Shown in pieces: positions 45,586-54,841 of a DNA stretch of 64,000 nucleotides. The position numbers and the translations under genes were made by a program. This stretch comes from Candidatus Hydrogenedentota bacterium (lineage in GTDB: Bacteria > Hydrogenedentota > Hydrogenedentia > Hydrogenedentales > JAEUWI01), in the NCBI GenBank assembly GCA_034669905.1, contig JAXMOL010000007.1, positions 32,001 through 96,000 of the forward strand, given 5' to 3'. Position 1 is the stretch's first letter; the number at the start of each line of letters is the position of its first letter. The notes under the pieces were generated by a model that ran no database searches, had not been told where the DNA came from, and was given only the letters and a program-made list of their open reading frames with translations.

Positions 45586-46747
45586 CGTCGGCTTCGGCCG
45601 TCGGGGCAACGGCCACGGAGGCCGCATACCACGTGCGGGCCAGCTGCTCTGCCGTAAAGTGGAGGTTTTCCCTGGCGGAGTCCCGCGCGATTTCCCACGT
45701 CTGTGGGCCGGGAGAGATGGGGTAGATGGCGGTAATGCCGTGTTCCAATAAGGCTTCCGCTCCCGGTAAGACCCGGCCGCCCAAGGCCAATACCGGAATG
45801 TGATGGGGCCGGGCCAGCTGAGCCAGTCCCACGGGAGTCTTTCCGAAACAACTCTGGGCGTCCAGACTGCCTTCGCCTGTAATAACCAGGTCGGCGGCGG
45901 CAATGACTTCGGGCAGGTTGCATAGTGTAGCGATCAATTCCAGGCCGCGCTCCAGTTTGGCTCCCGCAAAGGCCATGAGCCCCCCGGCCAGTCCACCTGC
46001 CGCGCCGGCTCCTTCGACGCGGAGAATGTCCACGCCCAGATCGCGCTGGATGATCTTTGCAAAATGGCCGAGGGCATGATCGAGGATGAGCACATCCTCT
46101 GCCGTGGCGCCTTTTTGCGGGCCATAGATGGCGGTGGCACCACTCGGGCCGCATAGTGGATTATTGACGTCACAGGCCACATAGACGTTTACTTCATCCA
46201 GGCGGGCGTGTCGGTTGCTGGCATCGATACGATCCAACTGCACCAGCCGGGCACCACCCCGTTCCAACTCGTTGCCCTGTTTGTTGATTAGTCGGTAGCC
46301 CAGGGCCTGCGCCATGCCGGCGCCCCCGTCGTTGGTCGCGCTGCCCCCGACTCCGATGATAATGTCGTTGACGCCTTGATCCAGCGCGTGGGCAATCAGT
46401 TCGCCCGTGCCGAAACTCGTTGTCATGCAGGGATCGCGCTGGTCATCGGGGACGAGGTCAAGCCCCGACGCGGCGGCCATTTCAATGATCGCGACCTGTC
46501 CCTCCTGGATGCGCCCATACTGAGCCGAAACCGTTTCGCCCCGCGGGCAGGTAACGTCGACCGCCACGGTCTCACCGCCGGTCGCCCGCACGACGGCATC
46601 CACCGTGCCCTCGCCCCCATCGGCCATGGGAAAGCACTGGGTGGTCGCACCGGGCATTCCAGCGAGCCATCCCGCTTCGATGGCTTCCGCCACCTCGTCG
46701 GCACGAAGACATTCCTTAAACGAATCGGGGGCTATTACTACGCGCAT
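45578..46747 (-). CDS. glxK: Glycerate kinase (GlxK/GarK family)
   Basis: APDSFKE, MADGGEGT, GGSATNDGG, GAGAAGG, ITGEG. Confidence 0.93.
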   Translation of the reverse strand: MRVVIAPDSFKECLRADEVAEAIEAGWLAGMPGATTQCFPMADGGEGTVDAVVRATGGETVAVDVTCPRGETVSAQYGRIQEGQVAIIEMAAASGLDLVPDDQRDPCMTTSFGTGELIAHALDQGVNDIIIGVGGSATNDGGAGMAQALGYRLINKQGNELERGGARLVQLDRIDASNRHARLDEVNVYVACDVNNPLCGPSGATAIYGPQKGATAEDVLILDHALGHFAKIIQRDLGVDILRVEGAGAAGGLAGGLMAFAGAKLERGLELIATLCNLPEVIAAADLVITGEGSLDAQSCFGKTPVGLAQLARPHHIPVLALGGRVLPGAEALLEHGITAIYPISPGPQTWEIARDSARENLHFTAEQLARTWYAASVAVAPTAEADAT

Positions 46748-46860
46748 AACGAGATTCCTGGAGAATTAATGTTACAATGCGGGTCCAATCGAACGGATAC
46801 TTCCAGAGCAAACACCATACCCCGTTTTTTACGTGGGATACAAGGGGACGGAATCAGATC

Positions 46861-47682
46861 ATGAAGTGGACGCGCAGAGAATTTGTCGGTGCCGCAGGCC
46901 TCCTGGCCTTCGCAGGCTGTGCACGGGTGAAACAAAGCCGCATTGGTAAATTGACCCCCGACCTCGACTTTCGTAAAGAGGGGCCCCTTCGCTTCGCGGC
47001 CCTCAACGATCTTCACCTCCTCGATTCCCGTAGTGTCGGCATCGTGGGACGCGCGGTCAATGCCATCAACAATGACGAAGACATTGCGTTCACGGTGGTG
47101 CTTGGCGATCTCACCAGTCACGGGACTTTGCGCGAAATGAATCTTGTGCGCCATGCCCTCAGCCGGTTGGACAAGCCCTACTTCTGCATCCCCGGTCCCC
47201 ATGATCTCGCGGTCGGCACCGAAGACCCCTATGAATTCTACCGGCGGGTATTTAAGAAGCCCCAGTGGAAAATGAATATGGACGGCTGGGCCTTTCTCGG
47301 TGTGGACACCAGTGGAGGGCGGGACGAATCGCTGCCCATGAGCGCGGCCAATTTGGAATGGCTCGACGCCCAGTTGGCCCACCTCGATGTAAAACGGCCC
47401 TTGGTCGTCTTTACGCACCATCCCTTGGCACCGGGCTTTGAGGGGCGGCTCGCCAATGGAGACGATGTGCTGGCGCGCCTGGAATCTTACAACGTGAAAC
47501 TCGTGCTTTCAGGCCACTATCACGGCAGCCAGGTGACGGATCACGCGGGCGTCGTTCATGTGACCACGCCCTGCTGCAGCACCAACGCCGAGAATGCGGA
47601 CGGGAGCCCCGAGAAAGGCTTTCGACGGGTGACCCTGGACAAAGACCAGATTCAACACGAATTCATAGCCGTTCCGACCTGA
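46861..47682 (+). CDS. Tat-lipoprotein metallophosphoesterase
   Basis: TRREFV + FAGC; NDLH, LGDL, GPHD, HHP, SGHYH. Confidence 0.85.
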   Translation: MKWTRREFVGAAGLLAFAGCARVKQSRIGKLTPDLDFRKEGPLRFAALNDLHLLDSRSVGIVGRAVNAINNDEDIAFTVVLGDLTSHGTLREMNLVRHALSRLDKPYFCIPGPHDLAVGTEDPYEFYRRVFKKPQWKMNMDGWAFLGVDTSGGRDESLPMSAANLEWLDAQLAHLDVKRPLVVFTHHPLAPGFEGRLANGDDVLARLESYNVKLVLSGHYHGSQVTDHAGVVHVTTPCCSTNAENADGSPEKGFRRVTLDKDQIQHEFIAVPT

Positions 47683-47700
47683 GCGCATGCGGGAGCTCCT

Positions 47701-48360
47701 ATGCTGATTGCGACCATTCTAACCGCGGTGTCACTCGTTTTGTTTCTGGGCAATAACCTGCTCGGTCTGGGAGCAGGTGCCTGGTTTAAAATGAGCACCT
47801 CCACCGGCTTCCTGGCCATGGCCATTGCGGCAGGCGCATTTCAGACCCCCTATGGACGCATGGTCCTGGTCGCCCTCTTTTTTTCCTGGTGGGGCGACCT
47901 CTTCCTCATCAGTCATCAGGAGAAACTTTTCCTGATGGGGCTCATCGCCTTTTTTCTGGGTCATGCGGGGTTCGCCGGTGCCTTTCTCGCCCATGGCGTC
48001 GATTGGAAATACACCGCCCTCAGTATGGGGATCGGCATCGTTCCGGTCCTCTTCGTGATTTCCTGGCTGAATCCCCATCTGGGGAGTATGCGCATTCCGG
48101 TCTACGCCTACATGGCCATTATTACGCTCATGGTCGCCCTTTCGATCGGAGCCTGGGGGCGGGGAGCCACCCTCCTGGTGGTGGTGGGAGCGGTCCTGTT
48201 CTATTGCTCCGATCTCTTTGTGGCCCGCGCGCGTTTTGTGACGCCGGACCCGTGGAATGGCCATCTGGGGCTTCCGCTGTACTACGTCGCCCAAATGCTG
48301 TTTGCCATCAGTATTGCCCGCGTGAATGCGGCGCAGGACGTGGCCCAAACGACGCCGTGA
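47701..48360 (+). CDS. YhhN/lysoplasmalogenase-family membrane protein
   Basis: GDLFL, FFLGH, PVYAY, LFYCSD, YYVAQ. Confidence 0.88.
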   Translation: MLIATILTAVSLVLFLGNNLLGLGAGAWFKMSTSTGFLAMAIAAGAFQTPYGRMVLVALFFSWWGDLFLISHQEKLFLMGLIAFFLGHAGFAGAFLAHGVDWKYTALSMGIGIVPVLFVISWLNPHLGSMRIPVYAYMAIITLMVALSIGAWGRGATLLVVVGAVLFYCSDLFVARARFVTPDPWNGHLGLPLYYVAQMLFAISIARVNAAQDVAQTTP

Positions 48361-48487
48361 TATTTCTCGGCCCCTATTGAGGGGGGCGCATTTGGGGTGG
48401 GGAAAACTTGTGACCAGACAAGGGTCCTATTTTCTGATAGGGTGAATGTGAGACTATTGCTGCTTTCTCAGAGAAGTGAGGTATACT

Positions 48488-48745
48488 ATGCCCGAAATTA
48501 GCCGCTTTTTAGGCATCGTAATCTACATGTAATACAAAGATCACGCTCCCGCCCATTTTCATGCGGAATACGGTGATTACACGATTACCGTGGAGATAGA
48601 GTCCGGCGTCGTTCAGGGCAAGTTTCCCCGACGGGCCCTCAATCTGGTCCTGGACTGGTATACCCGACACCAAGATGCATTGCGTGAAAATTGGACGCTT
48701 GCGCTCCAACGAAAACCCTTGAACAAGATCGAGCCACTGGAGTAA
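48488..48745 (+). pseudogene. DUF4160-family toxin gene interrupted by in-frame TAA at 48530-48532
   Basis: Manual translation MPEISRFLGIVIYM*YKDHAPAHFHAEYG...ENW...KIEPLE; precedes the DUF2442 gene. Confidence 0.85.
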
Positions 48746-48749
48746 GACT

Positions 48750-49001
48750 ATGATACCTTGGATTGTCGATGCGTCTTATATCGAAGAATACCGTATTCAT
48801 GTGACCTTCAACGATGGGGTGACAGGGGTAATCGATTTTTCCGGTGAGTTCGACGGCGAGATTTTTGAGCCACTGAAAGAAGTCGCCTACTTTCAACAAT
48901 TCCGAATCGAGGGACATACCCTCGCGTGGGAAAACGGCGCGGACTTTGCCCCCGAGTACCTGAGGAATCTGGTGAGCCCGGAAGCGAGCGTATCGCCGTA
49001 A
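48750..49001 (+). CDS. DUF2442-family antitoxin
   Basis: YRIHVTFNDG...FEPLK...F...TLAWENGADFAPEYL. Confidence 0.88.
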   Translation: MIPWIVDASYIEEYRIHVTFNDGVTGVIDFSGEFDGEIFEPLKEVAYFQQFRIEGHTLAWENGADFAPEYLRNLVSPEASVSP

Positions 49002-49025
49002 TAGCGAAAGAAAGTTAAGGGCGAT

Positions 49026-49514
49026 ATGCGCGTATTAGGATTCGATCCCGGCACGGCCACCACCGGCTATGGCGTGGTTTATGGAAAAGGCAGCCGACTC
49101 CACTATATTGCCCATGGGATTATCAGCACCCCGGCGAAGCAGCACTATGCCCTGCGCCTGAAGACGATCTACGAAGAGGCCGTCGCGCTTATCACCACCC
49201 ATAAACCCGATGCGGTGGCCATCGAGAAGCTCTACTTCAAGCAAAACGTCACCACGGGTATTACCGTGGCCCAGGCGCGGGGGGTCCTGTCGCTGGCGGC
49301 CGTGCAGGCCGATTTGCCCATCGGGGAATTCAGTCCCACCGAGACCAAGCTGGCTATCACCGGTTACGGCAAAGCCGACAAGAAACAGGTTCAGGAAATG
49401 ATTAAGATGCTGCTGAACCTGGAAAAGATCCCTCGTCCGGATGATGCGGCAGACGCCCTGGGCATCGCCATCTGCCAGATACACGCCGGACCCTCTCAAG
49501 TGTTGGAACGCTGA
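49026..49514 (+). CDS. ruvC: Holliday junction resolvase RuvC
   Basis: LGFDPG, AIEKLYF, QARG, GYGKADK, DDAADAL. Confidence 0.96.
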   Translation: MRVLGFDPGTATTGYGVVYGKGSRLHYIAHGIISTPAKQHYALRLKTIYEEAVALITTHKPDAVAIEKLYFKQNVTTGITVAQARGVLSLAAVQADLPIGEFSPTETKLAITGYGKADKKQVQEMIKMLLNLEKIPRPDDAADALGIAICQIHAGPSQVLER

Positions 49515-49618
49515 AGCCCGCGCGACGGGCGTCCTGAACCCACAACGGCCCCGAAACACTGGGTCAGCAGCGTTTCAGGGCCGGTAGGGTATACGGGGGT
49601 ACGTGACCGCCCGAAAAA

Positions 49619-49987
<369 letters not shown>

Positions 49988-50102
49988 TCATCGCTTCCCA
50001 CCGTGGCCCATCAGGCCGATTGCGGGGATGACCGCATTGCGTTCCATTGCATACACACGTCTATCGCTGGGGAGGCCCGGGGCCTCCCCAAGCGACAGCC
50101 AA

Positions 50103-51446
50103 TTACAGTAAGTACCCTTCTTCGCCGTGTTCGGCCAGGTCGAGACCCTGGCTCTCGGCTTCTTCACTGACACGGAGACCGATGGTCAGATCGATTACCT
50201 TGAAGAGTATCAGGGATACCACACCGCTGTATACCAGCGTGACGAGGATGCTCTTGATTTGTGCGAGCACCTGGGTGCCGATGGTCATGCCTTCGGAGAG
50301 ACCGGATCCGCCCAGGGACTCTGCGGCGAAGACACCGGTAAGTACGGCACCGACGATACCGCCGATACCGTGGACGCCAAAGGCGTCGAGAGAATCGTCA
50401 TAACCGCCCATCCGCTTGATGCTGGTGGCACCTAGGAAGCAGATGACGCCGGAGGCCACACCAATGGCGATGGCACCCATGGGGCCGGCCGTGCCGGAGG
50501 CGGGCGTAATGGCTACGAGGCCAGCAACCGCACCCGTGGCTGCGCCGAGGGCGCTGGGCTTGCCATGTTTGACCCATTCGATGCCCAACCACGTCAGCGT
50601 GGCGGCAGCCGTGGAAAGCTGGGTGACCAGCATGGCCATACCGGCCGTACCGTCGGCCGCCAGCTCACTACCGGCGTTAAAGCCAAACCAGCCGACCCAG
50701 AGCATACCGGCGCCCGTAATGGTCATGGTCATGTTGTGGGGGGGCATGGCGCGCTGGGGATAACCGCTGCGCTTGCCAACCAGGATACAGGCGACGAGGG
50801 CGGCGATACCGGCATTGATGTGCACCACCGTACCGCCTGCGAAATCCAGCACGCCCCAGGTGTGGAAGAGAGCGCCAGGTCCCGACCAGGCCATGTGACA
50901 GATAGGCGCGTAAACAAGCACCAACCACAGCGTGGTGAAGATCAGCACGGCAGAGAATTTCATGCGCTCTGCGAAGGCACCGCAGATAAGCGCCGGCGTG
51001 ATGATGAAGAAGGTCATCTGGAACATGATGAAGATGGTTTCGGGATAGGTGCCCGCCATACCGTCTACCGTCACGTTCTTCAGAAACACGTTGCTGAAGT
51101 TACCGACGAGGGAGTGAAGGTTGATAACCCCTTCCGTCTGTCCTTCCGAAACCCCAAAGGCCAGGCTGTAACCACAGACCACCCAGACGATACTGGCCAG
51201 GGCGACGATGGTGAAACACTGCATTAACACGGACAACACGTTCTTCGAACGGACCAGGCCGGCATAGAACAGGGACAGGCCAGGTATGGTCATAAACAAC
51301 ACGAGCACGGTGGCCACGAGCATCCACGCGGTGTCGCCCGAGTTCAATTCATCCTGCGCCTGGGCCAGTGCGGGGATACAGAGGGCTGCGCCCAGGAATC
51401 CCCATCGCATGCCAAATGCATTGCGAACACGATCTAAATGCTTCAC
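50103..51446 (-). CDS. amtB: Ammonium transporter
   Basis: GDTAWML, FQMTF, DFAGGTVVH, WFGFNAGS, DDSLDAFGVHG; GTG 51446 after AAGGAG. Confidence 0.96.
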   Translation of the reverse strand: MKHLDRVRNAFGMRWGFLGAALCIPALAQAQDELNSGDTAWMLVATVLVLFMTIPGLSLFYAGLVRSKNVLSVLMQCFTIVALASIVWVVCGYSLAFGVSEGQTEGVINLHSLVGNFSNVFLKNVTVDGMAGTYPETIFIMFQMTFFIITPALICGAFAERMKFSAVLIFTTLWLVLVYAPICHMAWSGPGALFHTWGVLDFAGGTVVHINAGIAALVACILVGKRSGYPQRAMPPHNMTMTITGAGMLWVGWFGFNAGSELAADGTAGMAMLVTQLSTAAATLTWLGIEWVKHGKPSALGAATGAVAGLVAITPASGTAGPMGAIAIGVASGVICFLGATSIKRMGGYDDSLDAFGVHGIGGIVGAVLTGVFAAESLGGSGLSEGMTIGTQVLAQIKSILVTLVYSGVVSLILFKVIDLTIGLRVSEEAESQGLDLAEHGEEGYLL

Positions 51447-51631
51447 GTATCTCTCCTTTAAATCAACGGGCGTGCAATACCTTGCGTCAGTCGAAAAAGT
51501 GAAAGGCGGATACAGAGGGGGAAATCCCAAGAGGGTACTCTCCAATGCGCCTGTCCCATTGCCGATGTGCCCCAGTTACCGTACACGCCGTTCCGGGTCT
51601 ACGGAGCACATCAATTGCCACCGCTTAGAAT

Positions 51632-51646
51632 GCAACTACCGTGCCA
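51632..51646 (-). promoter_or_regulatory. Sigma-54 promoter of amtB-glnK
   Basis: Minus strand TGGCACGGTAGTTGC, perfect consensus. Confidence 0.85.
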
Positions 51647-52002
51647 AGGCGGTGCATTCGGGGTGTGCTGTGGGAGTGGGTTTCGCTAAGTGGCTTTATT
51701 GTCATGGGGTTAGGTCGCATTCTGGCAGGTATGGGCAAGCGCCGGGCACGGCCAGGAAAGTGACCTCACCGAGTGTTTGGGCTCAAAAAGATACCAAATG
51801 GTGTGATTGGCGTGTGTGCCGTTACGAAAAGGTAGGAGGGTGGCGCTCCTGCGAGGGGCTTCCCACCCCGGGGTCGCCTGGCCGGAAGCAGGTTGAACCC
51901 GCGGGCATTTCTGGGCCATACTGCGCACCCACGATGCCATCCTTTTGTCGACCGATGGCCGAGACGCAGCCCCGCCCACGGGCCCAGGAGTTCTGTCAGC
52001 CC

Positions 52003-52392
52003 ATGCCCGGAAAAGCCGCCGCCGTAAAGTCTGGAAGTGATCTGGAAAAGAAAGTCGTTCAATTGGGACGGGATCTTGGCCTGGCCGTCGAATCGCAGGT
52101 GGCGGTGGGACGGCGAATCTGGGGGGCACGGCGCAGGATTGACGTGGTCCTCAAGCACCAGGAAACCCGGGTCAGTTTGGGCATCGAGTGCAAATACCAG
52201 GGCAGTTCCGGGTCGGCGGAGGAGAAGATCCCGGCAACGATTGACGACATTCGGGCCTGGCCCATTCGTGGTATCGTCGTCTTTGCGGGCAATGGCTTTT
52301 CGGATAATATTCGGGCCTACCTGTTATCGACGGGGAAAGCCGTCGAGTTATCCGATCTGAAAAAATGGTTGGAGTTGTATTTCGGACTATGA
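52003..52392 (+). CDS. Small PD-(D/E)XK nuclease-superfamily protein (putative restriction endonuclease)
   Basis: Helix GSDLE, then RIDVVL...IECKYQGSSGSAEEK; about 129 aa; start uncertain. Confidence 0.7.
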   Translation: MPGKAAAVKSGSDLEKKVVQLGRDLGLAVESQVAVGRRIWGARRRIDVVLKHQETRVSLGIECKYQGSSGSAEEKIPATIDDIRAWPIRGIVVFAGNGFSDNIRAYLLSTGKAVELSDLKKWLELYFGL

Positions 52393-53237
52393 CAGAGCCC
52401 CTTGCCATAGCGGGAAGCCCACGGCCCTTTCTTAAATGGGTGGGGGGGAAGCGCCAGCTCCTCCGGGAATTAGAACGGCGCGTGGCCGAGGCCCGTCCCC
52501 ATGGCCGATACCATGAGCCCTTTGTGGGGGGCGGCGCCCTGTTTTTCGATCTTTACGGCCGGGAGAAACTCGGACGCAGCAAGGCCTATCTCTCCGACAA
52601 TAACCAGCGGTTGATCCAGGCGTATTGGGGGGTTCAGGAGCACGTCGAAGAAATCATCGCCCTCCTGGAAGCCCATAAGGCCGCCCATGAAAAAGAATAC
52701 TATTACGCGATGCGGGCCCACGTGCCGGAGGATCCCATTGAGCGCGCGGCCCGGATTATCTATCTCAACCGGACTTGCTTTAACGGACTTTTTCGGGAAA
52801 ACAGCAAGGGGGAATTCAACGTGCCCATGGGGCGCTATGTGAACCCCTTGATCTGTGATGCGCCCAACCTGCGGGCCGTTTCCCGGGCCCTGCAACGCTG
52901 CACCATTCGGCACCAGTCCTTCGCCGCCGTACTCGACCGTGCCAAGGCGGGTGACTTTGTCTACTTCGACCCGCCCTACGCCCCCGTATCCAAGACCGCC
53001 AATTTTACGGGGTATCACAAGGGGGTTTTTGGCGAAGCGCTGCAGCGGGAACTGGCCGATGTCTTTCAGGAGCTGACGAAGCGGGGGGTGAAGGCCTTGC
53101 TGTCCAATTCGGACGTGCCCCTGATTCACACGCTTTACGGTAACCACACCATTGAGGTCGTTCGCGCGACGCGGCTGGTCAACAGCAACGCGAGTAAGCG
53201 CGGCAAGGTCAACGAGGTGCTCGTCCGTAACTTCTAG
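52389..53237 (+). CDS. Dam/D12-class N6-adenine DNA methyltransferase
   Basis: FLKWVGGK, EPFVGGGA, YLNRTCFNGLFR, FNVPMG, YFDPPY, LSNS; ATGA overlap with upstream stop. Confidence 0.93.
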   Translation: MTEPLAIAGSPRPFLKWVGGKRQLLRELERRVAEARPHGRYHEPFVGGGALFFDLYGREKLGRSKAYLSDNNQRLIQAYWGVQEHVEEIIALLEAHKAAHEKEYYYAMRAHVPEDPIERAARIIYLNRTCFNGLFRENSKGEFNVPMGRYVNPLICDAPNLRAVSRALQRCTIRHQSFAAVLDRAKAGDFVYFDPPYAPVSKTANFTGYHKGVFGEALQRELADVFQELTKRGVKALLSNSDVPLIHTLYGNHTIEVVRATRLVNSNASKRGKVNEVLVRNF

Positions 53238-53247
53238 GGGACGTACC

Positions 53248-54765
53248 CTATTCGATGTCGCTCAGGCTGTCGCGGATCGCGAGGATCTCATCCAGACTGT
53301 CAAAGAAGACATCGGTGATCTCGGGGTCGAACTGTTTGCCCCGCTCTTCCCGGAAAAGCTCCAGGATGCGATCCAACTCCCACGCTTCTTTGTAGACCCG
53401 CTTAACCCCGAGGGCATCAAAGACATCGGCGATACAGGTGATGCGTCCGAAAATGTGGATGTCCTTGCCCGAAAGACCGTGGGGATAACCCCGACCGTCA
53501 AAGCGTTCGTGGTGTTGGAGCGCGATGACTGCGGCCGCCTGCAAGACATGGCCCTTGGTCACCTTGAGCATGTCGTAGCCCATGGTCGCATGGGTCTTGA
53601 TAATGTCGAACTCATCCGACGTCAGTTTGCCTGGTTTGTTCAGGATGGCATCGGGAATACCCACCTTACCCACATCATGGAGCGGGGAGGCCAGGCGCAG
53701 GATTTCCGCTTCTGCCGGGGTGAGGCCGCACTTCAGCCCCAATAGCTTGCAGTATTCGGCGACCCGTTTCACGTGAAAGCCCGTCTCCTGCGAGCGGGTC
53801 TCTACGATTTCGCCCAGGGTAAACACGATTTCCCGCTGGGCATCTTCCACATCCCGGAGGAGGCGCACATTTTCCAGTGCCGCCGCCGCGTGGTTGGCCA
53901 TGATGCTGAGAATCTTGAGGTCGGCCTCGGTGAACGTTTTCTGGTTCCGCTTCTCCGTCACATTGAGCACGGCGATGACGCGGCCTTTTTCCCCTTCAGG
54001 GCCTGAAAGGGCGGAACTCTTACGTTCCAGGGGCACCGAGATAAAGGAATTGTCCCGCAGTTGCCAGCTGAGCTTGTCGACGCTGGGTTCCTGGCGGATA
54101 TCTTCGACAAAGAGGGGCTTGACGTTTTCCGCCACCCACCCGGAGATACTATTTTTTACGTGAACCGCCGCGTTGTCGTAGTCCTGGGGAAGGCCCACGC
54201 CCCGGGCGACCGTCATTTGGGTGCCGTCTTCAGAAACGAGCATGAGGGAGCCGCGCTCTGCCTCGACCCGTTGAAGGGCCGCTTCCAGCACGAACTCGAG
54301 CAGCACGTCTTCAGAGCGAATGGACGCGATGCGCTCGCTGATATTGAAGAGCTCGGTGATTTCGAGGAGGCTGGCGTTTTCGTTGGCCAGTCGGCACCGC
54401 TCCAGGGCATTGGTAACCGACATCTTGATTTCGCTGAGATTGAAGGGCTTCAAGACATAGTCATAGGCCCCCTCTTTGACGGCCGCGCGGGCCGTTTCGA
54501 GGGTGGCGTAGCCCGTCATGACAATGGGTACGAGGGCCGGAGCGACCAGGCGGGCCTTTCGGATAAGCTCAATGCCGTCCATTTCGGGCATCATGATGTC
54601 GGTGAAGAGGACCACGAAATCATTGGTCGATTGGAGCATTTCCAGCGCGGCCATGCCGTTGGGGGCAGATGCAACACTAAATCCTTCATCCGTGAGGATG
54701 TCAGACATCAGCTCGCGTATTACGATTTCGTCATCAACGATGAGAATGCGTTCCGCTTTCGCCAT
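53248..54765 (-). CDS. Response regulator REC-GAF-HD-GYP c-di-GMP phosphodiesterase
   Basis: VDDE, TDIMMPEMDG, KPF; GAF region; HDVGK, HHERFDGRGYP. Confidence 0.93.
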   Translation of the reverse strand: MAKAERILIVDDEIVIRELMSDILTDEGFSVASAPNGMAALEMLQSTNDFVVLFTDIMMPEMDGIELIRKARLVAPALVPIVMTGYATLETARAAVKEGAYDYVLKPFNLSEIKMSVTNALERCRLANENASLLEITELFNISERIASIRSEDVLLEFVLEAALQRVEAERGSLMLVSEDGTQMTVARGVGLPQDYDNAAVHVKNSISGWVAENVKPLFVEDIRQEPSVDKLSWQLRDNSFISVPLERKSSALSGPEGEKGRVIAVLNVTEKRNQKTFTEADLKILSIMANHAAAALENVRLLRDVEDAQREIVFTLGEIVETRSQETGFHVKRVAEYCKLLGLKCGLTPAEAEILRLASPLHDVGKVGIPDAILNKPGKLTSDEFDIIKTHATMGYDMLKVTKGHVLQAAAVIALQHHERFDGRGYPHGLSGKDIHIFGRITCIADVFDALGVKRVYKEAWELDRILELFREERGKQFDPEITDVFFDSLDEILAIRDSLSDIE

Positions 54766-54841
54766 AACTTCTCCCAAAGGCCAGACAGTCTTCGGCTAAT
54801 CATACCACAAATCCGCGCAAACTTCGCAAACTGTCAAGCAA

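Noticed and set aside
48530..48532. Stop-codon recoding (Sec/Pyl or alternative code) in the DUF4160 gene
   Set aside because: The codon is TAA, which terminates other genes in this window normally; a nonsense mutation or sequence error is simpler.
51785..51806. NtrC-like site (ATACCAAATGGTGT) upstream of the amtB promoter
   Set aside because: Only a partial match to TGCACCA-N3-TGGTGCA; too weak to call.
51286..52002. N-terminal extension of the nuclease ORF given in the track (368 aa)
   Set aside because: Overlaps the amtB start and its sigma-54 promoter and reads as non-protein-like; only the last ~130 codons look coding.
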